A program made the translations under genes and the position numbers. From the NCBI RefSeq assembly GCF_001194135.2, contig NC_068986.1:256542-320541 (forward strand): a stretch of 64,000 nucleotides of DNA. The letters run 5' to 3'. Every line of letters starts with the position of its first letter. Within the stretch, counting starts at the first letter, position 1. Below are positions 12,985 to 25,442 of the stretch, one piece after another. This DNA is from Octopus bimaculoides. Lineage: Eukaryota. Below the pieces are notes generated by a model. The model was not told the origin of the DNA and did not search any database. It worked only from the letters and a program-made list of their open reading frames with translations.

Positions 12985-13654
12985 TATGTTTGACTTTTGT
13001 TTTGCATTTGTACAAGTTGGATCCAAGTCTCACCCAGAGACCTCAAGAGACAACAAGTTAGAAGTTCATGTAGGTGTTATGCCTAGGGTACCAAATATTT
13101 GGATTTGTACAGTTTTGTTCAAGTGAATGTTTAAGAAACCATAAGAAAATTATGTGTTTGCTTTAAAATTTGAGATCACATAGACAGTATTTTACGTAGG
13201 ATATGGGCAGTTCCCATGAACACTATCTTTTGAACTTCAGCCATTTTGGTGTTTCCTGGAATTTGATCTAGGTAGTAATCAACCCGTCTCGCTGTCATTC
13301 CCAGGGCACCTATGACAATAGGTATTGTTTTCGTCTTCAGATTCCACATTTTGCTAATTTCTATTTCAAGATCTTTATATTTGCTCAGTTTTTGGTAGGT
13401 CTTGACAGATACGTTTATATCGATTGGGACAGTCATATCAATGAGGAGGCATGATTTTTGTCTGAAGTCTTTCAGTATGATGTCTGGCCTATTTGCGTCT
13501 ATCTTTCTGTCAGTTTGAATGGTGAAGTTCCAGAGGAGTGCAATGTGATCATTTTCAAGTACTGGGGGTGGTTTGTGTTCCCACCAGTTTTTATCATGGG
13601 GCAAGTCCAGGTTTTTGCATATTACCCAGTGAATATATTGTGCAGCTCTATCAT
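12985..13654 (-). mobile_element. R4/Dong-clade non-LTR retrotransposon 3' end (copy C), open RLE frame
   Basis: An uninterrupted frame runs from the gap edge: HDRAAQYIHWVICK...WWEHKP...ENDH..LLWNF.IQTD..I.ANRPDI...IDMTVP.D...KLSKY.DL..EI..MW...PIVIGALG, with the stop at 13176-13178. This is a PD-(D/E)xK restriction-like endonuclease. Confidence 0.92.
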
Positions 13655-14376
13655 NNNNNNNNNNNNNNNNNNNNNNNNNNNNNNNNNNNNNNNNNNNNNN
13701 NNNNNNNNNNNNNNNNNNNNNNNNNNNNNNNNNNNNNNNNNNNNNNNNNNNNNNNNNNNNNNNNNNNNNNNNNNNNNNNNNNNNNNNNNNNNNNNNNNNN
13801 NNNNNNNNNNNNNNNNNNNNNNNNNNNNNNNNNNNNNNNNNNNNNNNNNNNNNNNNNNNNNNNNNNNNNNNNNNNNNNNNNNNNNNNNNNNNNNNNNNNN
13901 NNNNNNNNNNNNNNNNNNNNNNNNNNNNNNNNNNNNNNNNNNNNNNNNNNNNNNNNNNNNNNNNNNNNNNNNNNNNNNNNNNNNNNNNNNNNNNNNNNNN
14001 NNNNNNNNNNNNNNNNNNNNNNNNNNNNNNNNNNNNNNNNNNNNNNNNNNNNNNNNNNNNNNNNNNNNNNNNNNNNNNNNNNNNNNNNNNNNNNNNNNNN
14101 NNNNNNNNNNNNNNNNNNNNNNNNNNNNNNNNNNNNNNNNNNNNNNNNNNNNNNNNNNNNNNNNNNNNNNNNNNNNNNNNNNNNNNNNNNNNNNNNNNNN
14201 NNNNNNNNNNNNNNNNNNNNNNNNNNNNNNNNNNNNNNNNNNNNNNNNNNNNNNNNNNNNNNNNNNNNNNNNNNNNNNNNNNNNNNNNNNNNNNNNNNNN
14301 NNNNNNNNNNNNNNNNNNNNNNNNNNNNNNNNNNNNNNNNNNNNNNNNNNNNNNNNNNNNNNNNNNNNNNNNNNNN

Positions 14377-14446
<70 letters not shown>

Positions 14447-15040
14447 TTTATTTTGGGTGCAACCATTCTATAGACTGCTTGGCCAAATGGCTGAAATTTA
14501 CTAATAATAACGTTGCATCATTATATCTAGACATTGATTTTATCATCATCATCATCATTGTCAATCTTGTAAGAAACATTTTCATTATTGCCGCCAATAA
14601 CTTTGCTACCATTGCCATCGTTATTAGCATTGGCATCATCAGCATCATTATCATCAACATCATCACCATCAACATCATCGTCATCATCATCATCATCTAC
14701 CGGCTCGATCATCACTGCAAACATTAATAACATACCACCAACACTTCCAGCATTATTGCACACACCAGTCCCTCTACCACCACCACTATCATCATCATCA
14801 TCATCTTCACTTCTATTACGAATAACACCACCTCTACACTCCTATCACTCACACTACCACTATTACATTCATCAGCTCTTATATAATCATTTCCCCAATC
14901 TCTAATACACCAAATTATCATTGCTACTACAACCACCACCACCACCACCACCACCACCACTACTAATACCATCATCAGTATTACCACACTAGCATATTGC
15001 CATAACTCCCACCAACACAATTATCATAACTAATTAATAT
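14377..15040. repeat. (ATT)n followed by degenerate (ATC)n/(ACC)n low-complexity tract
   Basis: Read directly. This tract is the source of several spurious ORFs. Confidence 0.9.
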
Positions 15041-15836
15041 TGTCATTGTCATTTCTGTTTACTAATTTCATAAAACAGCTGAAGTCTTTGTATCACCATT
15101 CATGAATTACACCACGTCAGATTAAAGTAACGACAAGCCATGAAAGATTCTCCTTTCAGAAACAGCTGAAAGGATGACCAGATCAGTTTGTAGGCATACA
15201 ATCAGCTTCATTTCCGTACGACTGCAATAAACCAGTGCAGCTTTGGTACTGTTAAGAGAGGTTATTATGTCTACGGACGTGATTATTTGTTTCCCTTTTA
15301 GTACAAATTTTCATTTCTAATATCTTCAGAGTCATTAAAAAGTCAGACGAAATCTATAACGGTAATAATTCTGGCATCTTGCGTTTTGGGTTCAAAATCC
15401 GTTCAGGTTAACTTTGCTTTTCGCCTTTCCGAGTCAATAAATAAATTACCAGTGGTTTTGGTGAAACGGCGAAATCGTTAGAGCTTTGAACACGATCTTT
15501 TAGGTATTTACTCTGGGCATTTACGTTATTGGAGTAGACTTAGCCTATCAGCGAGTTTAACACCACCACTGGTATCTCAAGAAGTTTTAGCATAATCCAT
15601 TTTATTCGGTCCTGGTCTATGGAAAAAATTAGGCGGTAAGTACCATATAAATTTGACAATTATAGAACTTATGTAGAAGTGAAACCTTTTTCCCATATCG
15701 TCTAACAGAAAACTAAGAAGGTCTGGAAACAATGATTTTGGATCTCGAAACTTTAAGATTCCAAACAAACTGCAAACGAAATTTTAAAAATCTTTCATGA
15801 AAGAGATAAATCTGGAACATGGCCTGGTTTTAACGA

Positions 15837-15904
<68 letters not shown>

Positions 15905-16219
15905 CACATACAAACATACACATTCGCACACAACGGACTCTGCTTAGGCTCCGTTTACAAAATTTCACTCACAAGGCATTGATCAATGTTGACAATGCAT
16001 CTGTACATGCATCAATAGGACTGGCTAAGGTTTTTTTGAGGAGGAATTGTAGTTGTCCATGCATGTAAGTCTTCTCCCTATATGTCACTAATATCGCAGT
16101 CAAACCCAAAATGACATTCTTAACTCTCTGCTGACACCTTAACTTCTCAAGAAAACTTCGCTATGAGAGGTCTCCCTTGACATTTTCCAAGTTATAAAAT
16201 AACAGATTGAGAGAGGAAA

Positions 16220-16272
<53 letters not shown>

Positions 16273-16953
16273 GAGAGATAGAGGGGGAAGAGAGGAAGAC
16301 GGAGAGTGAGGGAGAAGAGTTGACTCCCAGTACATTGTTTAAGACATCCCGGAGAATAAAGTCAATGTTGACCTCGATAGTATTTGATCGCAAACAGCAA
16401 AGCCGAAACAAATACCGCAAAGCATTCAACCATACGCTGGAACGACCCAACCAATTAGCTGCCGCCTTCTCTCCCTTCTTCTCCGCATCCGCTTCATCCT
16501 CTTCTTCCTCCTCCTCCTCCCCTTCTTCTTCTTCTTCTTCTTCTTCTTCTTCTTCTTCTTCTTCTTCTTCTTCTTCTTCTTCTTCTCCTTCTTCGTGTCC
16601 TTATTCTTGTTCTTGCTGTTCTTCAAACGGTCGCAACCGAAGTGCATCTATAAGCTTTGATAGATCCCCAGTTTCATGTGTGTTTCTCTGTCAATACATA
16701 ACATCAATGTACTTGAAAGCTCTTCGCTCTCTATCAAATTGCAGAAGTCTCTGATAGGGTCTCCTATTCAGTGTGATAACAGGGATCAGCAAAGCCTTTC
16801 CTTCGTTGAATAGATATGAGTGGAATGCGTTTGCACCATGATATATTTTCAATCTTCATTAGAAACCTGGTAATCATGAAGCGCCATCTCCATAGTCCGA
16901 GTTTAACTTCCTTACAGAATGACTGCCTTAGTCTACTGTGTTCATAGTGCATA

Positions 16954-17152
16954 CAAGGGGTGCTGAAAAGTTTTTGGCTTTAAGGATATTGCGAAAGGCC
17001 TTCAGAGTTCTTTTACAGGACTTAGAAAAACTGAAGGACAGCTGCAATAAGTATGTGAATTTGAGAGGGGAATATGTTGAATAAAATCATAATTAACTAA
17101 TTCTCCTGGATTTTCTTTTACCCAAAGTCAGGAACTTTTCAGCACCACATTG
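16954..17152 (+). mobile_element. Mariner internal-deletion derivative (199-bp MITE)
   Basis: It has TA-flanked TIRs (caaggggtgctgaaaagttt / ggaacttttcagcaccacattg) and retains the transposase C-terminus LEKLKDSCNKYVNLRGEYVE*. Confidence 0.85.
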
Positions 17153-19222
17153 TATATCGCTCTCCAGGGAAGACAATTAGAAAACTCGGTTCAGACGAAC
17201 CTATAGACATGCATCTAAAGCAATATATGACATTTTAACTGTTATAACTTTCCTGCAGTCATTTTAGTATTGAATAGTCAATAAAAATATTGACAACGTC
17301 TGATTTTGTAGCATCGTCTTTTTTTCTTTCATATAAAATAAACTTCCCGATATTTTGAATGACACCTCATTTCGGTTGATGTTAGCGATTAGATACTTCA
17401 GTGGACAGGTGAAATTATGAGTAGACATCTAGACAATATCAACTTTATATTGCTATTGCTGCACTGACTTTATTTGAATCGGGACTGAGGCAGATTACCA
17501 TTCTTCTCGATGCAAAAATGAGAAAATACAATCGAAAAAGATAAAAACAAGTGAAGCTAGAGTGAAAATATGGAACCTACCATTTTCTCCTTGAGGCTGT
17601 TTTTAAGATTCTTCCTTGGTATAAGTTAGTTATTTACTGAAATATATCCAAGCATACAGCGTGAAAGTGTTTTGCTATATTATAAACAAAATATATCCTA
17701 GATTAAAAAAGAATGACTTATTTTGCTAGAAAACAAATTCTTTTTCGATCTGTATGTATTTATTTAGGATAAGTTTTTTTATAACAAGGCTTATTATAAA
17801 AAAAATGTCTGAAAGTATAAAAAAAAAGATAAATATATTTCATTACATGTGAGAGACACAGAAGCGAATACATTAATATACAACTGAAAATTTGATGTAT
17901 ATATTCATGACAGAAATATCAAAATAGACAAAGCGCTTAGTCGAGCAGATTTATTCATTGAAAGGGCTGCAGCTTATAACCTGAATGTCTTTCTTCAGGC
18001 AAGGTGGTAAAGTGTAGTTTAAGGAAAATATGGCTCCTATTTTCAGCAGATCTAGCGTATATGCAAAGGTTCCCTCGTTCACTGCAGAGAGAAATGTGTT
18101 GCGACAACGATTTAGTTCAAATCTCATAGAAGTCTATTTTGTGAGTATCTTTCCGGGATAATATTCCAAGTACCACTAAAAACTGAATGCAGTGTCATCT
18201 CACATTTCTTGTTAACCATGATAATAACAGCGGCAGTAACAATCGCAAGGAAAAGACGAGCAACGATATCGAATATTAAAATAGAAAAGGTAAATACTCA
18301 AAACTTAATATATCCCAAATATGCCATGAGTTATAAACAATAAGGTAAATTATAATTTAAAAGACATTGTTAAAATTTCTAGACTTTAATATATCTGCGA
18401 TGAAGGCAGCAACTGCACCTGTAGCGTCAGGTAACCTCTAGACTTCTGAACGCATAGATAAGCGTATAGATACGTATAAATGTATCTTCTATCCTTCATC
18501 TTTTACTTGTTCCAGTCATTGACCTGCAGCCATGCCGAGACATCGTTTTGGAGGGTTTAGTCGAACAAATCCTCCCCCACCCCAGCTCATAGTTTTTAAT
18601 CCTCTTATTTTATTGGTAGAGGTTGTTTTTAAGGATATGACATGTGTGATTGTGAATACATTTACGTATCAGTGCTTCTAACTTTGCGCTTATATTATTA
18701 TTTCTACATGTAAATTTTACCACTAACTCTTCAAACAATACCCGCCCTGCATCGTTTTCCCCTGTAAAATTAGTACAAATTTAAATGAATTCCAAGTTGA
18801 TTGCTCTGACCGCTGTTCCAATAACGCCATTATAGATAAAGTGAAAATGACAACAGAAGAGATTTATCCTGAATTTGATTATTAGGAAAACGAGAATAAT
18901 GTTTCTAGTTTTTAATTAAAATGTAATTAGGAATTTACAGTTAGTAAAAGCTTGAGGAAGTTCATTAGAAATGAGTTGATTCGTGTGATGATAGTACCAG
19001 TATAGAGTTAAATGGTTTTCGATCTACTGGAGATCGAATCTATTGATATCAGTAGCAGCAGATAATTAAATTCAATCAACAAAAGTCAACCCGAAATCAA
19101 ACTGAGATTAAAATTAACATCAAACAGATTAGAAATTCGTGCTAAGTCTGAAATAAGTATGATATAAGAACATAATAGTAAATATATTTTGTTTAGGTCA
19201 AACACGTAAAGGTTGACCTGGT

Positions 19223-19267
<45 letters not shown>

Positions 19268-19756
19268 NNNNNNNNNNNNNNNNNNNNNNNNNNNNNNNNN
19301 NNNNNNNNNNNNNNNNNNNNNNNNNNNNNNNNNNNNNNNNNNNNNNNNNNNNNNNNNNNNNNNNNNNNNNNNNNNNNNNNNNNNNNNNNNNNNNNNNNNN
19401 NNNNNNNNNNNNNNNNNNNNNNNNNNNNNNNNNNNNNNNNNNNNNNNNNNNNNNNNNNNNNNNNNNNNNNNNNNNNNNNNNNNNNNNNNNNNNNNNNNNN
19501 NNNNNNNNNNNNNNNNNNNNNNNNNNNNNNNNNNNNNNNNNNNNNNNNNNNNNNNNNNNNNNNNNNNNNNNNNNNNNNNNNNNNNNNNNNNNNNNNNNNN
19601 NNNNNNNNNNNNNNNNNNNNNNNNNNNNNNNNNNNNNNNNNNNNNNNNNNNNNNNNNNNNNNNNNNNNNNNNNNNNNNNNNNNNNNNNNNNNNNNNNNNN
19701 NNNNNNNNNNNNNNNNNNNNNNNNNNNNNNNNNNNNNNNNNNNNNNNNNNNNNNNN

Positions 19757-19805
<49 letters not shown>

Positions 19806-20011
19806 ATATATGTATGTATATATATATATATATATAAGGTTGAGGAGGGTATTGGATTTATATGGGTGCGTATGTGTGCGTGTGTATGTGTGTGTGTGTG
19901 TGTGTGCATATCTGTGTGTACATGTGCACGTGAGTGCGTGTAGTGAGTGAACATAAATTAATTGGTGGCATTATGCAAATTCATATTGTTGAATGACTGC
20001 CATTTCTTCAG

Positions 20012-20052
20012 GCGATATTCCACAGGAATATCTAGCCAAATATTTTGACAAA
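20012..20052 (+). CDS. Candidate short exon (xDIPQEYLAKYFDK)
   Basis: An atttcttcag acceptor precedes a 41-nt open frame and a GTAAGG donor. No homology was recognised. Confidence 0.3.
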
Positions 20053-21308
20053 GTAAGGAAGTAAAAATTTATAGTAAAACAAAACCGAACAAGAAAGGTT
20101 CAACGGAGAATGGACACATGGAAATGTCCAACCGTTTAAGAAGAGCATACATTACTTTGGTTGACTGAAATCAAGAAGCTTGATTCGTCGCCGATTTCAA
20201 TATCTCCACCCTATGTTGAATTCTTGGCCGTAGTCCAATGATTAAAACAAGTAAAAGTAGAGACCTAAAATTTGTACATTTGTTAGTGATAGATACCCTT
20301 GTTGTAACCTACGCGTTTCTTCCCACGCTGACGAATGTATGAATGATCTTTTATATCAGGTTTACACATTTGATATATCGCAAATCATCTTCATTACATA
20401 TAGTTTCTTATGCAAGTCAAACGTAATGATTCATTGATTGCTTCATTTAAACACCTAAAAATCAAAACCGTTTTAACGTTAGTTCCACACATATTTTCCC
20501 TAATGTTAAAATTTCTTTTTTATTGCTAATATAGCTAATAAACAAATATAGGACCAAAACGTAGAAGTCCTCCTAGGCGATTGCTAAAATATGTAGCTGC
20601 CAAACCAATTCTGAACAAGTGAGACGAAATTTCAAAATTTAACTTCTAACTAAAACCACAAATTTCAAGCCATAAAACTAGAAAACTAAGAAAAGGAAAA
20701 ATATTTAAAGAATTTTTTTAAACTACAGTCTTAGAACTCATATCTGTCAACGAAGAATTGTTGTAGCTTTTTTTTTTTTTTTGAAGAATATTTCACCAGT
20801 ATAAGAAAACTGAATCATCGCCAGCTGAACTAGTGTATACTATATATTATAAGTAGTATTCACCAAAGAATTATAAATGAGAAAGAGGATACAATTTTTA
20901 AGACTTGCCTTGAGCGACAGCTCTGTCTATCCTACGATTAATTTTTACACATTTGTGTATTTTTGTAAGTTCATCACACAAGATTTCATTAGAATTCATA
21001 TGAAAATACGCTCTTATGCTCTAAAGATTCTTCAGAATTTATTATACTTGTTCTTACACGTTTTATATAAGAACTCTTCAGAGAATTATATGCTATCACC
21101 AAGTTGTTCTCATTAGGAACTGCTCAACCCCAGCCGGTGTACATATAAATGAGCTTCAAATACACTTTAATTAACAGTTTGAGAATCAGGAGCAAGAAAC
21201 TCCTAGTAACGACTGACACAGGCTCGGTTTTCAATAAATATTATTTCATTGTACATTATTTACATTATTTACATTTGACGGATATTTGTCCTCATCTTGT
21301 TTGTTGCT

Positions 21309-21351
21309 AACACGTTTCGGTTGATATACCCTCCAGCCTTCATCAGGTGTC
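21309..21351 (-). ncRNA. Minimal type I hammerhead ribozyme, damaged copy
   Basis: It reads GACAC CUGAUGA A GGCUG-loop-CAACC GAAAC GUGUU. Relative to the other copies it has a stem II mismatch and lacks the GUU cleavage triplet. Confidence 0.7.
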
Positions 21352-21441
21352 TTGGGGAAATTTCGAACCTGGGTTCTCATTCCTAAGGTATTTTTCGATG
21401 TTGTTGTTGTTGTTGTTGTTATTATTATTATTATTATTATT

Positions 21442-21508
21442 CAGGTCACTGCTTGGAATCGAACTCGGAATCTTGGGGTTAGTAGCCCGCGCTATTAACC
21501 ACTACGCC
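21442..21508 (-). promoter_or_regulatory. tRNA-like Pol III head (A and B boxes) of the hammerhead module
   Basis: It has TGGCGTAGTGG (A box), a GGG-CTACTAA-CCC anticodon-like stem-loop and GAGTTCGATTCC (B box). There is no convincing acceptor stem, so it is not a functional tRNA. Confidence 0.75.
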
Positions 21509-22115
21509 AATTATAAAGAAAAGAGAGGATGAAACCAAAAAACTGTCCACAGTCTGTCTACCCTATGTGAAAGGCCTCTCCGAAAAAGCTACAAAAGATG
21601 TGCGGCCCATATGACACCAGGACAGTATTCAAGAGTAATACAACACTTCGCAAATATCTTCATCGAGTAAAACCGCCAATAGAAGAGAATACGACCAAAG
21701 ACTGCGTGTACTCCATCCCATGCAGCTGTGATAGGTTATACAAAGGCGAAACATTCTGCCCCCTCAAGGTAAGGGTAGACGAACATCGCAAAGCTGTGAC
21801 ACGAGGAGATATTGATAAATCGGGTATAGCTGATCATGTATGGAAAAATGGAGTCCATCTCCCCCTGTGGGATGAAGTTAAAATAATAGAGAGAGAACAC
21901 CACTGAAAAATACGAAAACTAACAGAAGCAGCACATATGCTAGGACACAACAACCTCCTAATCAGACCGAGTGCAGCTATGAATAGCATATGGGAACCGG
22001 TATTGAGGAAGGATAGAAAAATAATAGATTTATAAGCCTTAAAATTCACCCCACAATTGCCCACGGGCTTCTAACCCCAAGATTCCCAGTTCGATTCCAG
22101 GCAGTGACCTGAATG

Positions 22116-22159
<44 letters not shown>

Positions 22160-22203
22160 TATCATTCCTTAGGAATGGGAACCCAGGTTCAAAATTTCCC
22201 CAA

Positions 22204-22249
22204 GACACCTGCTGAAGGCTGGAGGGTATATCAGCCGAAACGTTGTGTT
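22204..22249 (+). ncRNA. Minimal type I hammerhead ribozyme with A6C core substitution
   Basis: It reads GACAC CUGCUGA A GGCUG GAGGGUAUAU CAGCC GAA AC GU U GUGUU. Confidence 0.75.
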
Positions 22250-22839
22250 AACAACAAATAAGATGAGGACAAATATCCGTCAAATGTAAATACTGTACAT
22301 AATTCCTCATCTCTTAAATATAGAACTGTATTATTTAATTCTGTCTTTCAATGCTAAGAACTTCCTTATTTCCATCTACTACCACCACCGATACCACATC
22401 ACACACGCAAAAAGAAAGAAAACAAAAGAGACCAATTTCCTTCGTTTGGCAATTTTAAATTGAAATATGCAGACTACAATTAAAAAGCGAAAATTGAGGA
22501 CACTCAATATTCTTGAACAAATTTCTTTGTTAGCAATCAACTTTAGTTTGACAACTGCAAGTAAGATGGAACAGCAAGGAAAACTGTACCGCAGTTAAAT
22601 GTCAGTTACAAATCAGTAGGGAAGATGCCTCTGAGCATTTAATCGACTTGTTCCAATTAACAGTTATTTCTTCCTCAAATCACATCCAACTATTTTTTAA
22701 AATGTAAAGAAACTAGTGACAAATTAAATAAGCAGTAGAGTAGTCTGAATAAAATACAGGATCGTCACGGTTAGAAGGTTTTGATAATAGGTCACTTTCA
22801 GCAGCGCTGACCTGTCACTTTTTTTTTTACTTGTCGTGT

Positions 22840-23650
22840 CTAGAAGACAGTTAGCGTAACCGCGCAGGAAAAAATACTTGGCGGTATTTCTTCCGACTTT
22901 ACTGAGTTCAAATGCCACTGAGGTGACCTTTGCATTTCATACGTCCAGGATCGATAAAACAAGTACCAGCCGGACACTGGGTCGATGTAACCGACTTATT
23001 GTCTACCCCCGAAATTTCTGGCCTTGTGCCAAAATTTGAAACTAATATTGGAACACATCAAATTCGACACTCTTGTATTTCTGCTGTCCACCGATAACAG
23101 CGATAATTACTTCTAACAAATGCACAAAGCCTATAATAATGGCTCCAATACTTTGCAGGTGCTTTATTTTATCAAATCCCGAAAAGATGAAAGAGAAATT
23201 TGAATTCGATGGGATTCAAACTCAGTATATAAACTACCAAAACTAAATCACACGATGCATTGTCCAATGTTCTAACGATTCTGTGAATATTTGGCCTTGA
23301 TTTTCTATCCTCAAATATGCATGGACTCATAATGGCAGCATCGGGAAATACGGAGTGTCTTGAGCACTTTTGAGTTTATGGAGCCTATCTCTCTGCAGAT
23401 CTGAGTACAATCACTTTCTTTCAGAAGGAGTGATACAGAATTACAAAAGATGGAGACAGACAGACAGACAAAAAAGGGGGGGAGGGGGAAGAATCAAACT
23501 CAGTCCAAGACCAGTGCTTTATGTACTGAAACCGAAAACATGGAGGTTAAATTTGAACTCAGAAGTATTTGAGTCAGAACATTTACCTCAAGGCATTGTA
23601 TCCTACAATGTAACCAATTCGTCAACTCATGGCTTCCAGAATTCGCTAAA
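22840..23650. mobile_element. Cluster of family A SINEs: + copy ~22840-23048, degenerate - copies ~23120-23290 and ~23475-23650
   Basis: The + copy carries the family A body and the tail ggccttgtgccaaaatttgaaac. The - copies carry decayed body motifs (ttgaactcag / tcaaactcag). Confidence 0.7.
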
Positions 23651-25074
23651 ATAATAGAAATTGAAGAGCATGAATTGTCTCTAATAATTTTACTAATACG
23701 ATAACCATTGCCAATTTAACTACTTCTGTAGACAGAAATGTTAAATGGATTTTTCAGAGTATAAACCTTCAGAATTCACAATATGTATATTCTTTGGAAT
23801 AGAATCAATATTTTTATATACGAGGAAAGGAAAGTGGGAAGATGTGACATTCATACCTTTTCGAAAAGTAATAACTCTGTACGTAAAATGCGATGACTTC
23901 AGTGGAGAATCAAGACTTGTTTGTAGACTCAGCAGGAGTGCATCCGGCGATGCACAGCGTTGATAGCAATACTGTTGTTGCCGTCAACATCACCATCTTC
24001 GAATTGCTATAGCTCATCTTCTTCTTCTTCTTCTTCTTCTTCTTCTTCTTCTTCTTCTTCTTCTTCTTCTTCTTCTTCTTCTCCTCCTCCTTCTATTACT
24101 AACAGCCACTAAAAATAAAATTCTAATAACATTAACCATTTTATGTCGATCATTATTTCATAGTTATAAGCTGTGTACAAACACTTTTTTTAATATAGAA
24201 CTTTGTATTTTTAGACATATTGTAACAGAATGTTTTAAATATTTGTTTGCATCAACCACAAAATATTCATATGGACAACTACAATAACAATAATGATTGA
24301 TCTACTAGCCTTAACAGCAGCAACAACAACAGCAGCAATCAGCACAATAAGGACGCAAGTAGTTGGAGTAGTAAAATATTGATAGTGACGCATTCAAAGT
24401 ATTGATTGTGATATACTTTCCTTCTTGAAAATCTATTTAGAGGTTAAGAAAATATAAAGTGGAATGAGATAGGAGATTGGTAAACACAGAGAAAATAACG
24501 GTGAATATTGGAAACATCAACATCGACAATGGAAACAACAATAAAACAGCAGCAAAAGTAACAACATGAAAGCGGAAAACAAAAGCAAAATCAACAGATG
24601 TGTTTTCTTTTGCGATTTTGTTTTTGTTTTGTCTTACACCAATTGTCGAACTTTGTGTGTTGTGTAAGAATCGATCGTAAAATATTTGCTCAATTATACA
24701 GTCGTCTCGTTCACATGAAGCAGGCTCAAAATAGCAAAATGGCGAAACAATTATTTTGATACAAAGACATTCAATTGAATGAGGACAATTAAACGGAACT
24801 GTTTTCAATAAAATAAGCAAAAATAAATAAATAAATAAATAAAAAAGATAGTTTTCTATTGCCAAGACTTTTCAAATACCTCTTCGTCTATTTACTAAGT
24901 TGGGACATAACAGGTCTATTGTCTTTTTTTAATTATCTGGTTATCTCTCTAACACCCCCTTTCTTAACATATATGTGCGCGCGCGCGTGTGTGCGTGCGT
25001 GTGTGGGTGTGTGTATATAAATATACACATATATATATACAAATAGATATATATGTATATGCATGGATGTATGC

Positions 25075-25113
<39 letters not shown>

Positions 25114-25442
25114 GACATAAATACATGCGTTTACGTATATATGCATACACATATATANNNNNNNNNNNNNNNNNNNNNNNNNNNNNNNNNNNNNNNNNNN
25201 NNNNNNNNNNNNNNNNNNNNNNNNNNNNNNNNNNNNNNNNNNNNNNNNNNNNNNNNNNNNNNNNNNNNNNNNNNNNNNNNNNNNNNNNNNNNNNNNNNNN
25301 NNNNNNNNNNNNNNNNNNNNNNNNNNNNNNNNNNNNNNNNNNNNNNNNNNNNNNNNNNNNNNNNNNNNNNNNNNNNNNNNNNNNNNNNNNNNNNNNNNNN
25401 NNNNNNNNNNNNNNNNNNNNNNNNNNNNNNNNNNNNNNNNNN

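Larger units (their letters stand above)
21251..22328 (+). mobile_element. 5'-truncated Penelope-like element: GIY-YIG endonuclease fragment between inverted terminal modules
   Basis: It reads LPYVKGLSEK (frameshift)...VYSIPCSCDRLYKGET...RVDEH...IADHVW...IIERE. The inverted modules are at 21251-21508 (-) and 22062-22328 (+). TSD-like TATTATTT(C/A)ATT is at 21239-21250 and 22329-22340. Confidence 0.9.

Noticed and set aside
13458-14504. Long ORFs in the track spanning N-runs (also 19193-19954, 24941-25579, 34119-34924, 50363-50964, 52792-53601)
   Set aside because: They are open only because N codons contain no stops, and the flanks are microsatellite translations.
21442-21508. Functional tRNA gene (anticodon ACT)
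   Set aside because: There is no paired acceptor stem and it is embedded in a repeated mobile module, so it is treated as a SINE-type head. The same applies to 56120-56183.
23938-23955. Perfect hairpin GTGCATC-CGGC-GATGCAC as Helitron 3' end or terminator
   Set aside because: There is no downstream CTRR at the expected distance and no U-tract, and a 7-bp stem is expected by chance in 64 kb.
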